64,000 nucleotides of DNA from assembly GCA_951406725.2 (NCBI GenBank), contig OX597833.1:18042001-18106000 (forward strand). The letters are read 5' to 3'. Each line of letters opens with the position of its first letter. Within the stretch, counting starts at the first letter, position 1. The notes under the pieces were generated by a model, which had not been told where the DNA came from, ran no database searches, and saw only the letters and a program-made list of their open reading frames with translations. The DNA comes from Octopus vulgaris. Lineage: Eukaryota. Both the position numbers and the translations under genes were made by a program. Shown piece by piece: positions 59,339-64,000 of the stretch.

Positions 59339-59732
59339 ATTTCTTTACTACCCACAAGGGGCTAAACACAGAGAGGACAAACAAGGACAGACAAAGGTAT
59401 TAAGTCGATTACATCGACCCCAGTGCATAACTCGTACTTAATTTATCGACCCCGAAAGGATGACGGGCAAAGTCGACCTCGGTGGAATTTGAACTCAGAA
59501 CGTAACGGCAGACGAAATACCTATTTCTTTACTACCCACAAGGGGCTAAACACAGAGGCAACAAACAAGGACAGACATAGGTATTAAGTCGATTACATCG
59601 ACCCCAGTTCGTAACTGGTACTTAATTTATCGACCCCGAAAGGATGAAAGGCAAAGTCAACCTCGGCGGAATTTGAACTCAGAACGTAACGGCAGACGAA
59701 ATACCGCTAAGCATTTCGCCCGGCGTGCTAAC
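59339..59732 (-). mobile_element. SINE family B dimer within an 18-bp TSD
   Basis: ATACTGAGAAAAGA(T/C)GCA at 59320-59337 and 59736-59753. Confidence 0.9.
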
Positions 59733-60614
59733 CTTATACTGAGAAAAGACGCAGCATGTACTCTACCTGGCCATTTGCATTTCAACATGAGGTTTTTCCT
59801 GGATGTGCAGGCTACCTTCGCTACAGGGACTTGATACTGCAGGAGGATTACAAACGAGTTGAGTGATGTTGAATAATGATTTATTATTAGCGTAGCCTAC
59901 GGATACTACGGTAGACACCACGCTAAAGTAGCACCGAAGATCGAATTAAAGTTTCTATATTTTAAAATTAAAGACACAATCCCAAACTTGGTGAGTAGAA
60001 ATGGATTTTGGAACTTTAAATTACAACCAACGAATTGGGGGAAAAAAGGCGGGGGACAGGATAAAAACATGATAAACATGAGGAAAATAATTTCGAAAGA
60101 AATACTGGAACTAAATCTGATTAGTTTGTAAAGCTGAAAAACAAAGAAGAGAATGGTGTCGTAGCCAACGAACCTGGAAGAGTATTTCAAAATGCCGGTA
60201 ACTGCTGTGCTGTGTATTTGCTTAAACAAGCTAACCGTTGAATATTCGGTCTGGTACAGAGGAGCAAGCAATATGATAATGTGCAGTGATTCGGCGCATG
60301 CCTGCCTCCAATGATTAAGACCAAACGTAGATTTTGTTTCTCCATAAGCGTTTTAAAAAAAATTATGTAAGAATTGTTCTTTGCCGTTTGGTAGAAACAA
60401 ATAGTCATGCTTTAATTTGCCAATTTTTGTTGACGAAATTACTGCAAACTATTTACAGTATTTTTTTTTAACTTAAATTTGAGCTCAAGAATTTTTTCAT
60501 CGTGAGCTTATAGTATCGGACCAACATTTTTGTTGGCCCGATAGTCTAAGCTCGCGAACGAGATATTTTATCAACAACTAATATTTTTTTTTCTTCAGCT
60601 CTTATACAGAAGAG

Positions 60615-60828
60615 GGTGGCGAGCTGGCGGAGTCATTAGCGGTCGGACAAAATGCCAAGCAGCATTTCTTTCGGCTATTTTCATTCTGAGCTCAGACGCC
60701 ACCGAGATCGACTTTACTGTTCATCATTTTAGACTCGATAAAAGTACCAGTTGAACACCGAGGTTGATGTAATCAACCTCACCCCCGTCCCTTAAAATTG
60801 ATAGCATTTTGTCAAAATTTGAAACCAT
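60615..60828 (+). mobile_element. Diverged SINE family B
   Basis: GGTGGCGAGCTGGCGGAG..TTCTGAGCTCAG..AAGTACCAG. Confidence 0.65.
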
Positions 60829-62254
60829 TGCATAGGAGAAAGAAAGAACATTTCGAATAACGAATTCCAGGATCTAAATTCATTGAAATATCGTTGTTTT
60901 TCATATATTATTAATCGGCAGACATTTTAAATCTATAGACATTTTTATCCTCAACTATTTTTCTCTATACAGAAGACAAAAAAAAAAAAAAAAATCGTAT
61001 GACAAACTTATTACCATGGTAGCTGAATTTATGGAAATATGGTTTTTGTTTAAACATTAAATTGGTTTTATTGTAATCATCATACGTTGTGAGGACAGTG
61101 GAACAATAAAACTTGTATATACGGTTTTGTTACTGGTTTATTCACCCTAAAAGTATTGCACTTAACATATAATGATGGTTTCAAATTTAAGCACAAGACC
61201 AGCAGTTTTCAGGGAGGGGGCAAAGTCGATTACATCGATTCCCGGATTCAATCAATATTTGAACTCTCAAGGGATGAAATGCAAAGTCGTTCTTCGCGTA
61301 AGGATCCAGAACGTAAAGACCTGGAAGAAATGCCGTAAAGATACTTGGTCCGACTCGCTATCGATTCTGCCAGCTCGTCCGTCTTCACTTATGATCCAGT
61401 CAACCAACACGGCAAAAGACGATTGGATCCTATGTTGTTGTTCGGTCAACTTCAAGTAGCAGCGAAATCTCAGTAAAATCACATCTTTCAGCATCTTTTT
61501 TTTTCAAACTGGGATCCAAGAGACCCCAGGGGACAGTAAAAAATTTTTACGTTCTGCGAAATAGTCTTTAATTTTTGTTTAAAATTTTATTTTATAAAAG
61601 GAATACTATTTGCCATTTTAAAAATTTGTCATATTTCTATCCTTTACTGGTTTCTTTTATTGGATTGCGGCCAAGCTACAGCAGTGCCTTGAACGGTTTA
61701 GTCGAACAAATCCATTCTAGTAAATTTTTTTAATGTATAGTACGTATTCTATCACCCTCTATTGTTGAACCACTCAGCTACGGGGACTTAATCAGACCAA
61801 ACCGATAGCTTAAGCGATGGTAGGACACACACACACACACACACACATGTGACGGACTTCCACTCAGTTTCCGTCTATATGGTTTATGCACATCAGGAAC
61901 CTGGTGATTTGACGAGGGGCGAAGAGGTGATGTTGAAGTGGTAATGCCTTTCCAGAGAGCGACACGGAGGATGGCTGAGTCGAAGGCTTGGCACGTCCCT
62001 ATCACTGATTCATAAATTGCGTTCAAGGCATTTAACTGTCATCGGCCGAGTCCACTTGGGTCCTGTAAATAGGTTCCGCAAGTTGGTCTCGCTAAATACA
62101 CAAAAGCGGTAGTATTTCGTTAGCTTGCAATTCTGAGTTCGAACCTATCTTCCTACATGAAGTGGTCTTCAGTTGTACTTCAGCCACTCAGTGGAGTCAC
62201 TGGGCAAACCATTATTATTATCGCCAACCCCATTTCTCCACTCTATATCATTCA

Positions 62255-62611
62255 TTAGCTGGTACTTTAATCGACCCCGAAAGAATGAAAGGCAAAGTCG
62301 ACCTCGGCAGAATTTGAAAACAGAACGTAACGGCAGATGAAATATCTATTTCTTTACTACCCACAAGGGGCTAAACACAGAGGGAACAAGCAAGGACAGA
62401 CAAACGGATTAAGTCGATTACATCGACCCCAGTGCGTAACTGGTACTTATTTAATCGACCCCGGAAGGATGAAAGGCAATCGATCTCGGCGGAATTTGAA
62501 CTCAGAACGTAGCGGCAGACGAAATACCTATTTCTTTACTGCTCACAAGGGGCTAAACACAGAGAGGACAAACAAGGACAAAGGGATTAAGTCGATTATA
62601 TCGACCCCAGC
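62255..62611 (-). mobile_element. SINE family B multimer
   Basis: Junctions at ~62345 and ~62528. Confidence 0.85.
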
Positions 62612-63067
62612 AACATAAGTGAAATGAACTGATTGTACTTGGAGAATCGAAACCGTATCAGTTACTCAACCTAGTTAAAGAGATTGTTAGGCAGGACGAG
62701 AAATACGTTTTGACATATTACATGTACGTACAACACCGATTCTTCAGACATTTATGGTCTGTAACTTCTTGTAGTGCGCATTAATTAACACTAATGTACA
62801 GGTACATGTATTTCATTTGGGTGGATTTAATATTAGAATTTTAAGGCTGTGAGCTGATGGAAGAATTAGCACGCTGGGGAAAATGCTTAGAACGTAAAGA
62901 ACAGACGAATTGTCACAGAGGCTAACTTTGCCTTCCATCCTTTCGGAGGTCGATAAATTAAGTACCAGTGAAACACTGGGGTCGGTGTATTCGACTAGTT
63001 TCTTCCCCCAAAATTTCAGGCCTTCAACCTTTAGCAGAAAGGATTATCATTATTACGGCAGTGAATG

Positions 63068-63665
63068 TGGCGAGCTGGCAGAATCGTTAGCACGCCGGGC
63101 GAAATGCTTAGCGACATTTCGTCTGCCGTTACGTTCTGAGTTTAAATTCCGCCGAGGTCGACTTTGCCTTTCATCCTTTCGGGGTCGATTAAATAAATAC
63201 CAGTTACGCACTGGGGTCGATGTAATCGACTTAATCCCTTGTTTGTCCTTGTTTGTCCCTTCTGTGTTTAGCCCCTTGTGGGTAGTAAAGAAATAGGTAT
63301 TTCGTCTGCCGTTACGTTCTGAGTTCAAATTCTGTCGAGGTCGACTTTGCCTTTCATTTTTTCGGGGTCGATTAGTACCAGTTACGCACTGGAGTCGACC
63401 TAATCGAATTAATCCCTTCCCCCAAATTTGAGGCCTTGTGCTTACAGTAGAAAGAATTATTATTAAGACAGCGAGCTGGCAGAATCGTTAAGACACCGGG
63501 TAAAATGTTGAGCGGCATATCGCCCGTCTTTACGTTCCGAGTTCAAATTTTCACCGAGGTCAAACTTACCGTTCATCCTTTCGGGGGTCGATAAAATAAG
63601 TACTAGTTGAGTACAGGGGTCGATATAATCGACGACTTACTCCCTCCCCCGAAATTACAGGCCAA
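63068..63665 (+). mobile_element. SINE family B multimer plus further units
   Basis: Head at 63068, junction AAGAAATAGGTATTTCG at ~63295, additional unit from ~63468. Confidence 0.85.
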
Positions 63666-64000
63666 AATTTTAAATCGATAGTAGTTTAATTTAAAATATG
63701 TTGATCAGGATGACCATCCCTTTAATTGCCTGTACCATGTACTCACACAAGAATTTTATTTGGCGTGAAATGAGTTCTCTAAGGAGTATAGATTGAAATA
63801 AAGGCCAAGATCTGCTTTCGATTCTGGGTTTAAGAGCAGACCATTTCATTTCGCTAATACCTCTTAGGAAAATTATGCAGGTATAACACGGATTTTCCCG
63901 AATCTTTCGTTTCAAAGCCTTTCCAGAGTACTTATTTTTCCGAATCAAGTGTAGCCACCTCGATTAGCACATTCTAAATTAAACATTCTTTTCCACTTTA

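Overview
AT-rich, microsatellite-saturated eukaryotic DNA. The SINE families and composition look like an octopus (coleoid cephalopod) genome; this is an inference, not verified by search. Only one credible protein-coding gene is present: a minus-strand AF4/FMR2 (AFF/lilliputian, super-elongation-complex scaffold) family member whose ~990-codon CDS (48263-51235) has no introns and is probably preceded by a short 5' intron. The rest is mobile DNA. It includes about 20 copies of a tRNA/CORE-type SINE with an internal microsatellite and about 15 loci of a tRNA/Meta-domain SINE, often as 184-bp head-to-tail multimers inside one target-site duplication (TSD). There are also other tRNA SINEs, decayed LINEs (Dong/R4, RTE, CR1, L1/Tx1), mariner and maT remnants, and hAT, Tc2, Kolobok-like and Helentron-type non-autonomous elements. 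The most notable hidden signal is a set of at least eight Penelope-like (PLE) 3' ends sitting in or next to (TA)n, (TG)n or (AAT)n tracts. They carry minimal hammerhead-ribozyme motifs with several different core variants, including a U3-A8 covariant, and several have the fold-back inverted-repeat structure typical of PLE insertions. Almost all short ORFs in the supplied track are translations of microsatellites or SINEs. Element boundaries were read by eye and are approximate unless a TSD is quoted.
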